The notes under the pieces: generated by a model
The model's input: only the letters and a program-made list of their open reading frames with translations
Databases searched by the model: none
Told to the model about the DNA's origin: nothing
Position numbers and translations under genes: made by a program
From: Veleropilina oligotropha
Lineage: Eukaryota
Assembly: GCA_048128005.1 (NCBI GenBank)
Contig: JBEUKZ010000006.1
Coordinates: 124,001 to 188,000 of the forward strand
DNA: 64,000 nt
Reading direction: 5' to 3'
Shown: positions 47,232 to 60,564 of the stretch, one piece after another
Layout of the letters: each line of letters begins with the position of its first letter
How positions within the stretch are numbered: the first letter of the stretch is position 1

Positions 47232-48866
47232 TTGGGTGGCCAATAAAAAACTTCACGAACTTTAAATGTTAATAACTTTGCAACTAACCACTATGCTGTT
47301 ATGAAACTTCACACAACTCATATATATGATGTTTTTAATATTTGCTGAAAGTTTCAAGTCTCTATGTCACATATTTTTTCTGCAGTCGGATAATTAAAAA
47401 CAAAAGTCATAAACAGCAATGGCAGACAATAGTTGTCATTTGTGACACTGACAAGATACACGTGCTGTGTTATGGATGGCAGCCTTCAATCAATTGTCAA
47501 TAGCATGTGTTTTATCTGTCTGGCATGTATGTGTTGTTAAAAATTTCAGTCTTGTTCCGAATAGGCTGGGAGCTTGATGTTTGCTATCTTGGTTATATTA
47601 TTATAACATGGTATTTAATCAGAGTGATAAAGCAGTTATTGAGGCATGTTTCAAGGAAAAGGGCTGGTGTGGTGCGAGGATTATAAGGGAATTCCCTGAT
47701 AAAAAGTGGAATGTGCGAACAGTCAACCTCCTTATTGACAGAATAAGGACTTCAGGTTCTACCAGTAGAAAACAAGGTAGTGGAAGGCCAAGAACCGCAA
47801 ATAAGGTTTACGTGGAAGAAGCAATTGTGTCGCAGGAGGACAAGCCAGGGAATCGTAAGTTTCAGCGGAAAATTGCCAAAGATCTGGGAATTTCACGCTC
47901 ATCAGTTCAGAACATTACTAAAGAATAGGAATTAAAATCTTTCAAATGCTTAAAAGTTTCACGGCGGGAAAAAACAGTCAAACAAAAAAGGAAGACCCAT
48001 TCAAAAAAGTTATGCAGCAGGTATTCCAAACAGGATGCGAAAAGACTGGTCTTTACGGACGAGAAAGACTTCACGTATGAGGTGGCGCGTAACCGCCAAA
48101 ACGATAGGGTGTACGGAAAGAAGAAAGGGGATATATCCACCACAAGACTGTACCATGAAACATCAAGGTTGTCCAAGAAAATAATGGTTTCTGCAGGGGT
48201 ATCGTGGAATGGGAAAACGAAGCTTCACTTTATTGATACCAAAAAAGTGCAAGTTAACTCTGAGACATCAAAAACTATTGGAAAAGGGACTCTTGCCTGA
48301 TTGCCGTCGGCTCTATCCTGATGGAAGTTTTGTTTTCCAACAGGATGGGGCAACTTTGCACACAAGTAGGTCTACGCAAGCCTTCTTGGATCAATCAGTG
48401 GATGGGTTCATAAAAAAAGACGAGTGGCCACCCCAAAGTCCAGACCTTCTTAACCCAATGGACTATTACATTTGGAATAGTCTGTCAGAGAAAGTGTACG
48501 AAGGACGTACAGATGTGTTTAATGAATGTGAACTAAAAAAGAGGCTGAAGAAATGCTGGGACAAAATATCTCTTAGAGAGGTTAGAAGTACGATATCAAG
48601 TTGGAAAAAGAGACTCAGAGCAGTTTTTGAAGCAGATGGAGGCCATATTGATCACTTCTTTCAGTAAATATAAGATAACTATGGTGCTTTTTGGATGTTG
48701 CCCTTGCAGTTTTTACGTTTCTTTATATTTATCCGACTACAGAAAAAGTATGTGATATAGAGAATTGAAACTTTCAGAATATATTAAAAACATTACATTT
48801 TTTACGTGTGTGAAGTTTCATAACAATATCGTATTTCATTGCAAAGTTATTAACCTTTAAAGATCC
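47232..48866 (+). mobile_element. maT (DD37D)-like Tc1/mariner transposon, degenerate, right end truncated
   Basis: Long imperfect inverted repeats (about 47260-47400 vs about 48725-48862) flanking a transposase. Confidence 0.85.
47608..48667 (+). pseudogene. DD37D-type transposase pseudogene
   Basis: GSGRPR, VFTDEKDF, FQQDGA, WPPQSPDL(L)NPMDY (38 residues between D2 and D3, including one duplicated Leu); TAG at 47926-47928 and frameshift about 48265. Confidence 0.9.
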
Positions 48867-48989
48867 ACGGTACCGGACACTTACGCCCGGGCGGTAGTCA
48901 GGTTTGGAGGTTTTACATTAGTAAATGTGTAAAAAAATGTAAAATAAAAATTTAAATGAGATTATTAAAATAGGTACCGGTGACTGTGA

Positions 48990-50604
48990 AATCCAGAAGT
49001 TCCTAATGATAACATGCCCAAGACATTGTGATAGACAAGCCAATTGCAATAATGTCGAGGCCACCACACCAGAATTATATTATCGTAGGTTTCTTATAGT
49101 GCCTTTCCTTGACCATCTTCTACAAGAGCTACGATCCAGGTTATTGGATGGAGGAAGAAATAATTTCAAGGGGCGGATTTAGAGGGCGGTCCGTGGGGGT
49201 CGGGACCCCCTTGATGACCAAGTGCCCCTTTGCCAAAAAACGAAAGAAATACTTCCACATTTTAGTGAAAACGGTTCATAGATGTTGATAAGAAACATCA
49301 TGTTTGTACTGTCAGAATGCATGTGAGGGAGTTTCATATCCATTAATTGTCAAAATTTTCGGAGAACCAGAGGGTTCGACCGACCCTTCTTTTGAAAATG
49401 AGAAATGCATGTTTCATTGCGAAAAAATCCGAAATATTTACTAATACATTTTAATGAAAACGGGTCATAAATGTTTGTAGGAAATATCGCGTTTGCACTG
49501 GCAGAAGGCAGGAGAGGGGGTTTCACATCATTAATTATCAAAATTTTCTGGGGGTCAGGGCGGTCCACACCCCCATCTAAAAAAATTTAAAATGCTTGTC
49601 TTTGATAGTGAAACTAGCAATATGTCCATCGGACACGAATGCCCCCACTGGCAGCCTTGACCATAGGGGCAGTGTACAAAGTATCAAGTCAATCCATGAA
49701 GGCAAATAGAAGTTATAGCAGATTGGAGTTGCTTACACGCAAATACTGGTTTCGGGACGGACGGGACGGGACGGACAAGAGTAAATCTAAATGCCACCCC
49801 AATAAATTGGTGGTGGCATAAAAAGGAAAAATACTTGATACGTGTTAGTGAAAAACATTTAGTGTCAAATGCAGGGGGGATCAAATTTCACACCGTTTCT
49901 TGACTTTTCTGGGGATACAGGGGGTCTGGACCCCAAGTTTGAAAGCAGAAATGCATGTGTTAGATTGTGAAAAAAAGAAAAAATAACTCATACATTTTAC
50001 AGAAAATTGTTTATAAATGTTGGTAAGAAATATCGCTTTTGCACTGTCAGAGTGCAGGAGAGGAGGTTTCAAGCTGTTGATTGTCAAAATATTCTTTAGC
50101 GAACAATTGAAAGTATATTTGATGAAAGTTGGACCCCCTTTTCAAAATCCTGGATACGCCCCTGCTGCTGCCTCGGCAGATGCAGTCCACTGCAACTTGG
50201 AGGGATGAAGTACTCGTGTTTGCTATGGAATACTGTGATGATACACCAGCACCAGTCATTAACGGCAGTGAGCTGGACCTGTGAGAGTGAAAGTGGATAG
50301 ATGTAGATACAATGCCAGAAACAGTGGTAGAGACCCTCTCATTGATAGACCCAGTTATATGTTCCCAAACATCGTCACCTGCCTCCAGCTGTCGTTAACT
50401 GTGCCTGTCACATCATGTGAATGTAAATGCTCGGTGTCAGCTCTTCGCCCCTTGAAAACATATATGCGAAGCACCATGAACAATTCAAGGTTGAATGGAC
50501 TGGCTCTTCTTCACTCCTATTACGGCATGCGAATTGATGTCGATAAAGTTTTGGAATTATATGCCTCGGAACACTCGCGTAGGATGCAGATGCGCAACAT
50601 CTAG
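48990..50604 (+). pseudogene. hAT transposase C-terminal relic split by a MITE
   Basis: YYRRFLIVPFLDHLLQELRSR at about 49075-49140 and dimerization-domain-like LTVPVTSCEC..SVSALR.LKTYMRSTM...RLNGLALLH in 50281..50604. Confidence 0.75.
49167..50164. mobile_element. Non-autonomous hAT-like MITE (composite)
   Basis: Termini aggggcggattt / ggatacgcccctg; internal diverged repeats (gcactg.caga..gcaggaga); interrupts the transposase relic. Confidence 0.5.
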
Positions 50605-51083
50605 GAGAGCGCCTTTGTTTGAGCCGGAATTGTTATACCTTTATTGTTGTATGATGTAATGATCACTATAATCATTACAATACAACCCTTATATATATGA
50701 TTTAGTTTCTTTTTATTGATAATTATCCTCTTTAAATTTTCAATACTAATGACCAGATATATGTAACACCAGGGAATGCACTAAATGCAGGAAAGTATCC
50801 ATTTTGAAAAAGTTGAATCCAGTGGCGGATTAGACACGATGATGTTTTGTAAATAGTTTCTTTACCTTGAATAGCTTTATTATGGGGGGCATGTTGCCTC
50901 TCCGATGGCTTCAGATTGATTATATAAAAGGCATCCAAAAATACTATCAGTACATGCATTCAATGGATGGGGCAGTAGTGACAGATATTGTCTGGACCCG
51001 CCCCTGATATATATACATATATGGAAATAGTTCAGTATATATATATATACATATATACAGGGTTCTCCCGGATTATATATATA

Positions 51084-51898
51084 CCGTATGTAGTCCATAT
51101 ATGGCGCCCCTTCCAAATATAGCGCCCCACTGTTTCAATTTTGATTTTTCACGATTATTTTTCTACTGTCGTTGGCATGTACAGCATTCGATCTTCTTGT
51201 TATGTACGGACACAGTCGGTGTTTAAGTTCAAACGAGACGAGAGTTTCTGCAACAGACTTGACGGAAACTATCGACATGTGCCGATGCTACTAGTTCAAA
51301 CGAGACGAGAGCTTCTGCTACAGACTTGACGGAAACTATCGACATGTGCCGATGCTACTAGTTCAAACGAGACGAGAGCTTCTGCTACAGACTTGACGGA
51401 AACTATCGACATGTGCCGATGCTACTAGTTCAAACGAGACGAGAGTTTCTGCTACAGACTTGATTGGAAACTATCGACATGTGCTGATACTACTCGACAG
51501 ATGTTGTCTGAGAATCGGTTTGATCTATATCTTTGACCATGTGCATTTACGAGGTCGCATCGCATGTAAGAGGCTTTCACGTTTATAAATCTGTGTAGAC
51601 TCCATTTATTGGACAGAAATTGGACGCAGGTATCGAAAATAACAATCAATTCGATAAATACGCAGTAGCGGTAAAATTGGACAACGAAGTGGCTGGACAC
51701 GTTCCGAGAAATTATCAAACTTGTCCATTTGTTTCTGAAACATGGCGGAAAAGTCGTTTGCATCGTAACCAGTGATGAGTATACACATTCGCCAGTAGCT
51801 GGAGGATTGGAAATTGAATGCTATATCGATTTACTGGAATAAAACATTTGGTGGACAGGCTTAATAAAAGTTACGTGCGATATATGGAATAAATACGG
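51084..51898 (+). mobile_element. TA-flanked CCGTA...TACGG element carrying a degenerate HIRAN-like coding fragment
   Basis: ta|ccgta ... tacgg|ta termini. Plus-frame VRGFHVYKSV*TPFIGQKL...NNQFDKYAVAV...GHVPR...GGLEI at about 51565-51820. Confidence 0.6.
51227..51494. repeat. 67-bp tandem repeat, 4 copies
   Basis: gttcaaacgagacgagag at 51227, 51294, 51361 and 51428. Confidence 0.93.
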
Positions 51899-52481
51899 TA
51901 TATATATATCTCTCTTTCGTCATCACATAACATGCGTAATGGCTAGATGACCAACAACCGTCATGCGATAAATATATTTTGTTTCTAATGCTAATTGAAT
52001 GTTAATTGTTTGTTGTTCTGTTATAATTGGCAATGGTAACATGAGGATTAAGAGTAATCCCTTGTATCTATAATAATATACTTAGGTCCTTACTAATGCC
52101 ATAATAAGCCTATTATCGCTAAATCCGGACAAGGTGGAAATGGTAATTTCGCACTTTTTAGTAAATTTAACCCACTGACCCACTGACCTGCTCGACCTCC
52201 TCCAGTTCATGCCTATTAAGAGCTCGCCAACTCCCGCGAGATCCTCGTGACCAAGGGTCAAGACCTCATCCGAAGTTTAAGCAAACCCCAAGGCAAAGAA
52301 CTTATATAAGAGGGGAGGTGCGAAGCAGGGTGGGCCAAGTGGGTAAGGACGTAAGTATATTATTATAGATACAAGGGATTACTCTTAATCCTCATATCTA
52401 TATCAAATATACTTACGTCCTTACTAATGCCAAGAATAACTTTGGTTGGCGGAGTTATAAGTTCCATACACCAAAATTAAA

Positions 52482-52790
52482 ACTTACTTGTTACCAGAAG
52501 ACGACGCTTTAGCGTTGAGATCGAGTCCGTTCAGAGTGGATTTTACTGAGCATCAAATCTACCCTTACCCCGAGGTGAGATTTTGACCAAGAAATCTGGG
52601 AAAACACGCCAGGGATGTTAGTCGGACAGGTAACACGAAAGTGCATGTAGCTCCGGACACCGGCGGAAGGTATACCTTGAGGCACTCGTGTCATGAGCAA
52701 AGACAGTGGACTGAATATTCCGGACTCAAAGGTCGGCAGACAGAAAACTGCAAGACGTGGTTTTTAGAAGCACCCGAACCTAGGCAGGTA
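52482..52790 (-). ncRNA. Putative conserved structured RNA element in the DIRS 3' UTR (copy C)
   Basis: Aligns by motifs with copies A and B; G-U pairs are valid only on the minus strand. Confidence 0.58.
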
Positions 52791-53218
52791 GATAGTGTTA
52801 TAAAACCGTGACAATTATCAATAGATTGAAGAAAATTTCAATAACTTCATCTTGAATAATAAATTTTTGCATGTCCAACTTGCAAAATGTCAACATGATA
52901 CATGTTACTTAAATAATTTTAAGTAGAGAATAATATTAAAATTTTCCAATGTACGCACATTGAAATGTTCTGCGACAGCAAGGAGAACATTTTAAAAATA
53001 ATATTATTTACAAAAAACATTTTAAAGATTTAATAATATAAATGTCTACATCCAATGTGGGCATTGCTTCATATTAACTCAGTATGAATAAATAATTTCA
53101 ATTTCTTAATCAGTTTAAGAAAGAAATAACATTGGAGTAAATTCGAATGGTGATTTCAATGTACACAAATAGAATTACATTATATTACCTCAGTGCCTGG
53201 TAAAATTCCTTAAACCAA

Positions 53219-55965
53219 TCACTGTCGGGATGACCCAGATCCCGTGATACATTGTTGTCCTGCCGCCACAAAGGAAATCCGATGTTCACCCCCAGCCGTG
53301 ATCGCATAATCATGCAGGTAAAAGCGAACAAAGGTATTAGCATTCTTCCAGTAACAAGCCTTTAAGATTTCATTGATATTCAAATTATATTTGAAGGCTA
53401 GAGAAGTCGCGACTGCACAGGTCTCGTGCGCGTGAATTGAAACGAGATCTCGTTCTGGCTCATTGGACCGAGAGTAAATCTCTTTTACAACAGAGACTAT
53501 CCAACGTGAAACAGTCGATTTGCGAATGTCGCGGTGGAATTGAGGCATATGGCTAACGAATAAACGCTTTTTACCGTGCCGTAGGTCTCGGGTCCTATCC
53601 AGGTAGAATCTCAGCGCGCGAACCGGGCAGTTCAGGCGGTCGATATCATTTCTATCCAGCATGGAGAGGTTACGGATACAAACCTCGGGACTGATATCTT
53701 CAGGTCGTTGTGTCTTCGCTAGGAAGCCAAGGACTGTATGCAGCGTCACCGACCCATTGGTGTGGAAGTGTATGTCTCGAAGCTCTCCGGATAAAGCGTG
53801 TATCTCCGAGGCCCTGTTACCGGTGGCGAGAGCGGTAAGAAATACGGTCTTATACGTGAGATTTTTGAGGGAACAATCACTCATAGGCTCGTACGGGCCT
53901 CTAAGTAAAGCATTGAGAACTAACAAAACATTCCAAGCGGGCGGTCGCACCCGCTGAATGGGCCGTTCGAGTTGGTAGGAGCGTATGAAGTCCGATATTG
54001 TTTTGTCGGTAGACAAGCGGGTGTGCTCGCGGCATTGCCGTAACGTTGTTGCTACGCATGAACGGTAGCCTTTGACTGCGGAGATTGACATTCCCTGTTC
54101 TAGCAACGACGATAAGAACTCGATAAATTGTCAGATTGTCTTCTAGATCGGTAAATGCGCTGGGCTGTCGCTCTAGAAAAGCCTTTCTTAATGAGCGATC
54201 TCTCGATAGTCGCCAGGCGTGAAAGTGAAACTCGTTCGCCGACGGGTGTAGAACCCGACTGCGCGGTTGCGATAACAGGTCTGTCATCTGCGGTAGCGCT
54301 CGTGGCTGATCGATGAGTAGATCCAGAAGTGTCGGAAACCATGACTGCGTGCGTTGTAGAGGTGCTATTAGCGTCAACTCGCAGTCTTCGCGGGTCGCTT
54401 TCCGTAGTACTTGTGCCAACATGCACGACGGTGGGAAGGCGTAGGCGATCAGATTCTCCCATCTCATTGACAGAGCGTCGACCGCAATAGCGGCCGGGTC
54501 CGGGTAAGGAGACACATAGAGAGGGAGTCGGTGATTGCATTCGGTTGCGAATAGATCGACTTGAGGCGTCGACCACAGGCGACAGACATCTCGGGCTACA
54601 CGGGCGTGTAGCGTCCACTCTGTGTGTAGAATCTGTGTTTTCCGAGAGAGCGTATCCGCTCTGACGTTCAGCTGTCCCGGGATGTGTCGGGCTCGAATCG
54701 TCGAGTTGAGTGACATCACTAGGCGGTGTAGGTCGATCGCTCGGTCGCAAAGTGGACGGGAGCGAGTGCCGCCCTGGTGCTGAATGTAAGCGACGACAGT
54801 CGTGTTGTCCGTTGCTAACATGATGTGCTTGGTGCGGAGATGTGACGAGAGGGACCGTACTGACAGGTAGACGGCTTCGAACTTTAGGAAGTTTATGTGT
54901 CGTCCCTGCAGGTCCGTCGGCCAAAGGCCCGATGTCACGTGACTGTCGAGGTGACCTCCCCAGCGCTCGTTTGACGCGTCCGTGTAGAGGGAGGCGTTCG
55001 GTTCTGGGGGGGATATCGGAACCGACTGGCTAGGCAGGGTAGTGTTCAGCCACACTGCTGTCGTGCGAGTAAACCAATGCCGTAGATCGATGCGATCCGT
55101 CCACTGTCCCGTACGTTGTACCCAGCGGTCCTTGAAGGCCTGCTGCAACGGTCGTTTTTACATGCGACCCGTCGGTAACAGGGGAGCTACCGACTCGATG
55201 TGCCCTAGGACAGTGGCCAGTCGTTGCGCTGTCGTTATCCGTGAAGACCTCGTTTTCAGTATAACTGCGCGTAGGTTCTCTATACGTTTCTGAGTCGGTT
55301 TCGCGGTGTACCGGACCGTGTTGAATTCGACCCCTAGAAATGTAAACGTCGTCGAGGGCACGAAGCAGGATTTGTTGTTGATCCGTAATCCTAGGCGCTT
55401 CGCCGATGACAGGGTAACGCTCATAGACTGGAGGCACTGATCCCGGGACGCCCCGAGAATCAACCAGTCGTCGAGGTATATGTGTACTCTGTGCCCTTGC
55501 GAGTGTAGGAAGGCCCCAAGAGCCTGTACTACCCGCGTGAAGACGTACGGGGCTGACGATAGACCGAACGGTAGACACCTGAAGTGGTAGACCGTTCCCC
55601 CGTAGGTACCGGTGAGCCGAGACGTGCATCGGAACGTGTAGGTACACATCGGTCAAGTCGATAGACGCTGCCCAGTCGCCCGGACGGATGGCCGTTCGTA
55701 TCTTCGAGAGTGTTTCTTGCTTGAACATCTCGGTACGAAGATACTGGTTGAGGCACGACAGATCGAGGATCGGTCGCCAACGGCCATCAGGTTTCGGGAC
55801 CAGGAAAAAGTGGCTGTAATATCCTGGTGTGCTGGGCGGCGCGGGATAAATCGCTCTGTTTGAGAGTAAGTCCCGCACTGCCTGGTCTAGGACGGCTTGT
55901 TTTTCTCTTATTAAGAGACGAGCGCGTCCTGGTGGTGGTGTCGCGACGAGGGTTGGATGCCGGAC
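53219..55965 (-). pseudogene. DIRS-C RT/RNaseH/MT and tyrosine recombinase, disabled
   Basis: YLDD, TDAS, DLFAT and YAFPP present. Deletions near 55965, 55600 and 54135 and a TAA at 55158-55160. YR core 53219..54106 has GNRASEIH but AHETCA in place of HxxR. Confidence 0.92.
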
Positions 55966-55968
55966 CAA

Positions 55969-58216
55969 CCCTAGACCGCGGCTTCCCTCTCCCGCTCTGA
56001 CGGGATATGGTCGGAGGTGCCGTTTTCGCAGTAGATTTATCGGCCTGAGAAGGCCCACTATGCGAAGGTTTGGCACGCTTGGAAGGCTTATGGGACCGGG
56101 ACGGTCCCGAGCGCTTCCTTGAGGCAGCAGCCGACGTACTACGAGGAGTATCCAAGACTGCCTTCTCAACAGCGCGATCCTTGAGGTCGGTCGCTCTCTT
56201 CTCGACAAATTCGGCGAATTTGTCTCCGAAGAGAGTAGGGGCCGACAGCGGCACGCAACGTAGAGACTGCCGGGTGGCGTCGTCTAACGTGGTGCCGTCT
56301 AGGCAAGCGTCTCTACGGAGTAGGACAGCGTTACCTAAGGATCGGGCTGATTCCGACGCGTAGTTCTCCGTGGCGGCGGCAACCTCTTCGAGGAAGGACA
56401 GTGCGATCTCTCGAGCGCGGGGTCCATCCTGTTGTAGCACGGTAATAGCTCCGTCCAAGAAGGAATCCTGGATGGAGGAATGCCGTAGAGCTCGACGGGC
56501 GGAGCTCTCAAAGCCCTCCATGGCGACCCATGGGACTTTGACTACCGAGGGAGCTGTACTGGCCGACAGGCGACGCATCGCTGCATCGATCTGAACCGGC
56601 TCAGTCGCCAGACACGTCCCAGAGCACCCGATCGGAATCGGACGCTTACTGGGCCGGAGGTACCTTCCCTTACGGAGACCACTAGGGTACTCCGTTAAAG
56701 TGGAAGTCTCCACCGCTTTGGACCCCTGAATGGATTTGGTCGTCGAGTCGAGGACGAGCGAGACCAACCCAGACTGGGGTAGGGTAGGAAGCAGGGGGGC
56801 TTCCGGCCCATCAAACCGACGTGCCGTTGTCCTGTGCGTGACTCCGCTTACCGGCAGGGCCGGGTCGAGCAAGTCAAGCACCCCGCGAAGCGACGCGACA
56901 GCGTCGTACCTTCGGCGGGTGGCGGAGACGGCTTCATGTGAGCCAGAACGACTACGAGAGCCGTCTGGTCCGACCGATTCAGGGAGGTCAGAGTGAGGAG
57001 TAGGAGTGGTGTTCTCGTTGGAACGAGAATCTACTTCCATCACCGAAACATGAGCCGAGCCCGGCGTTACGGTCAGAGACGTTGGAACCTGGGGCGGCTG
57101 GGTAGCCGGTTGCCAGGACCTACAACGTGCCTCGACTTCCGTCGCAATCATAGCCTGGACGTTCTCAAGAGAGAAACCCGTAGGCATGACGGACGTCGGA
57201 CCAACAGCCATTGGTCCGCTCGAGGTTACCGTAGCGCATGGTGGACGGGCTGCACGGACAGGTGGAGCCGAGTACCAGGGACTCGGGTTACCTGTCGGGA
57301 AACCGCAGCCAGGGAAACGGCCCGAAGGCGCGTTAAACGGTGCGAACGACCCGTAAGACTGCGACCACAGTCTATACGGGTCTGTAACCCTGTTCGGGTG
57401 AGACACGGGGGAAAATCCGCCGTAAGCCTCAGCCACGAACGCAGCCGGTCCTACCACACCACACGGGACGTCTTGAAAAGAAGCGTCGCAGGAGGTTGGC
57501 CTTCTATCACTCTCGTGGGCTCCGACGGTGGCGGGATTAGTCTTTAAACTAGCGCCGTTGTCGGAGGAGAGGACGGGTTGCGTCGAGCGTCTGGAACTTC
57601 GACCACTTTCGTGGTGCCCAGCAACTGTATCGACTTTCTCTGCTAGTCTCCTTCGCCTCTTTTCAGAGGTTACTTGACTCACAGAAGGACTAACGCTGCC
57701 TTGCTCCTCCGAGGCCGGAGGAGAGGAAAGGTTTTGTCTGCCCTGCTCAGCTTTTCGCCGCAGCGCTCGACGTATCTTACTGGCCGGCAAGATACTATGA
57801 GCAGCGGTTACTAGGCCCAAAGGCGAGGAATCGGACGGCACTCGGGCCTGTACCTGAACCATGGATCCCGACGAAGTTACTGGGACTTTTCCCAAAGTCT
57901 CAGAGGTTCCGACGGCGGATCCCGCGATAGCCGCTGTCCCAACACGGCTATTACCGAGAGTATCTGAAACAGAAAGAATAGGATCAAAGCCTGTCTCTAA
58001 ACTTTTAAGCTTCTCGGTGGCTGTCCCATCGGAAGAAGACACCCTGGTCGTCTTCTTCGATGGGAAAAGAGTCTCCCACTGCCGATTTGTTAGTGCTATA
58101 CAATGCTCACATGGATGGTTCTTATCGCTAGAACAAACACGGTGAATAATGCATTCGGAGTGCCTGTCAAAACCACGGATTTTCTGTCGGCACCCGGAAA
58201 CACTGCAATGCTGCAT
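55969..58216 (-). CDS. DIRS-C gag-like ORF1 (open; reads on into the YR frame because of a deletion at the gag/pol junction)
   Basis: ORF 55787..58216 has the Cys/His N-terminus, LLRRDACLDGTTLD and ...GKPRS; the remainder matches the YR-frame translation of copy A. Confidence 0.8.
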
Positions 58217-59223
58217 AGCTACTTACACGGGTAGGTAGGAGATAGGGTTTTTAAGTGATAAGGATATTTCCTGGGTAGTTTACCAAATTACTACTACAAC
58301 CTCGATTGTACCTGATCCGAGAGTTGGAAAAGGCTGAAATACGCTTAGAACTTACGGCGGATTATACGCCCAAAAACACCGACTTTGATAAACCTTTTTA
58401 TTACAAGTCGGCCAACGAATTGAGAAACGGGAGGTCTTTCTTATACAGAAACCGCCCTTTACACCTAAAACCTCTTGGATGTATATATATCAATTTGTTA
58501 GAATTCGGCGTGTTATCCCCGACTTAGCAGATTTACCAAAATAACGATAGTTAAATTCTAAACAATCTGCTTTTCAACGACGATAAATTTTATTACATAA
58601 ATGTATAGCAAGAAAAACGTCGTTGAGGAATTATCGTATATATAAATGAAATGCAATGCAAATTCAAGCAATATCAATAATACAACTCTCTCCTGACTCC
58701 GTAGTAATTGCTAAGGAGCTTCCTTCTTTAAATATCCCTCTGAGCGTCCTCTTTATTTTCTCTTTCAGAATTTCAAGATGGCGTCGTCAATGGAGGATGT
58801 TGATTTCGTTTTTTGTCTGTAGTCGACAGGAAAAACTTCCAAGAAGGGCTTATTCAGGAGGAAAACTCTCTAATTTTCCACTAAACGTGTACACAACACT
58901 ATCAACAACCTTATGAGCTATATTGATCTTTAGATCAGGCTCGAAAAGATCGATTTTCACAAAAAAATGTGGAGCAAAGTAAAACACGACTTGTTCAATC
59001 GAGCGGAAAACTTCGGATGAGGTCTTGACCCTTGGTCACGAGGATCTCGCGGGAGTTGGCGAGCTCTTAATAGGCATGAACTGGAGGAGGTCGAGCAGGT
59101 CAGTGGGTCAGTGGGTTAAATTTACTAAAAAGTGCGAAATTACCATTTCCACCTTGTCCGGATTTAGCGATAATAGGCTTATTATGGCATTAGTAAGGAC
59201 GTAAGTATATTTGATATAGATAT

Positions 59224-59310
59224 ATGGTAACATCAAGCAATGGTAGCATCAAGCATTGGTAACATCAAGCAATTGGTAACATCAAGTATTGGTAACATCA
59301 AGCATTGGTA
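59224..59310. repeat. 16-bp tandem repeat, about 5 copies, at the DIRS-C insertion site
   Basis: Unit (a/t)tggtaacatcaagca. Confidence 0.85.
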
Positions 59311-59397
59311 TGTTTAAACTTGTTAATGCAACAAATATGTGATGTTGCTATACAAATTTAGTCATTATAAATAAATGTTCTCATGAAAAAATATTCC

Positions 59398-59552
59398 GTT
59401 GACGTGAACAGTAGTGGGTTCAAATGTCAGCACACATTTGTTGGTCGGCTAGGGCGGGTTTCCCCGGGTGACCGGGCTTTACTCTCGCGATATTATGGAC
59501 ATGTCCTGCTTTGAACCAAATGATGGTTGGAATTATACAGGATATTAAGCAT
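59398..59552 (+). mobile_element. 5'-truncated SINE copy
   Basis: gaacagtagtgggttcaaat...cagcacacatttgtt...gggcgggttt...ggacatgtcctgc; (CCTTT)n tail. Confidence 0.75.
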
Positions 59553-59789
59553 TGATCCTTTCCTTTCCTTTCTGATGAAAATGAACTGAAACAATATTGA
59601 AAGATATAGCATGCATTACGTTATGAACCAGTCTGGCATCGTTTCTAAGACTCAGTATCCAGTGTGTATACATAAATTTGCGATATTGATTTCTAAATTG
59701 CTAATACTCACGAGCTTTTCTTGAAATAAACTGCATATATGGAATAACAAATATATAATAATATGTACCTTATTGGACTGCTAGATATA

Positions 59790-60564
59790 CTGTAAAATAT
59801 GAAATTATTGCGTACATGATATTATTGTGAATATTGCGAGTGGCTCGTGATCGCAATAATAACATGTCGCAATATTTCTGTAGTTCTAATAATTTGTAGA
59901 AGGTACTAGTAATAATTGCAACAAATATTAGCAAGCCAGAACGCGTCGATTAGTCAGATAATACTAGTAAGTCAATATAGGCAATTGAAGAAAATAAAAT
60001 AAATCCTTCATATAAAATGCGTGTGTGAACATGAACAAGAAAGTCCTGTCGAAATGGAACAATTGCTACTATTGATTTCAGTCTTTTGTCGGGATTAGGC
60101 TACTCAACGTAGCACACAATTGTGTATAGGCAGATTGTTTTAGAGATTACTAATTGACAGCTTCTTGTATCAGCAATCATAGTTACGAGCTACTTAATAC
60201 AACCATTGATCACTGGTGAATGACCCCATCAAAAGGTTCAGCGTTGTTAATCAAAGGACCCTATTGAATAAACAATTTTGTCCGAAGTTCCTGGCTACTT
60301 TTGACCACTGGTGACTTACCGCATCATTAGAGTTAGCATTGTTAATCAAAGGACCGTTATTGGCTAAACTAAAGTTCCCGACTATTAAGTTGTTTGTAAA
60401 AAGGTCAATGGACCGAAAATTGCATAGTAATACAGTATTATAGAAATCTTAGACAATAAATTTTAACCGACTTACAGGGATGAAAACGCAATAATATTGT
60501 CGCATTATTTTTGACTTTCACCAATCGCAATAATATCATGGCGCAATAATATCATGTTTTACAG
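59790..60564. mobile_element. TA-flanked MITE (Tc1/mariner/pogo type)
   Basis: ta|ctgtaaaatatgaaattattgcg ... cgcaataatatcatgttttacag|ta; subterminal cgcaata repeats. Confidence 0.8.

Larger units (their letters stand above)
52041..59223 (-). mobile_element. DIRS1-like retrotransposon, copy C, with internal deletions
   Basis: 204-bp ITRs (52075-52278 / 59008-59211; one substitution seen at 52085) and ICR 52343-52432; gag, RT and YR homologues. Confidence 0.96.
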
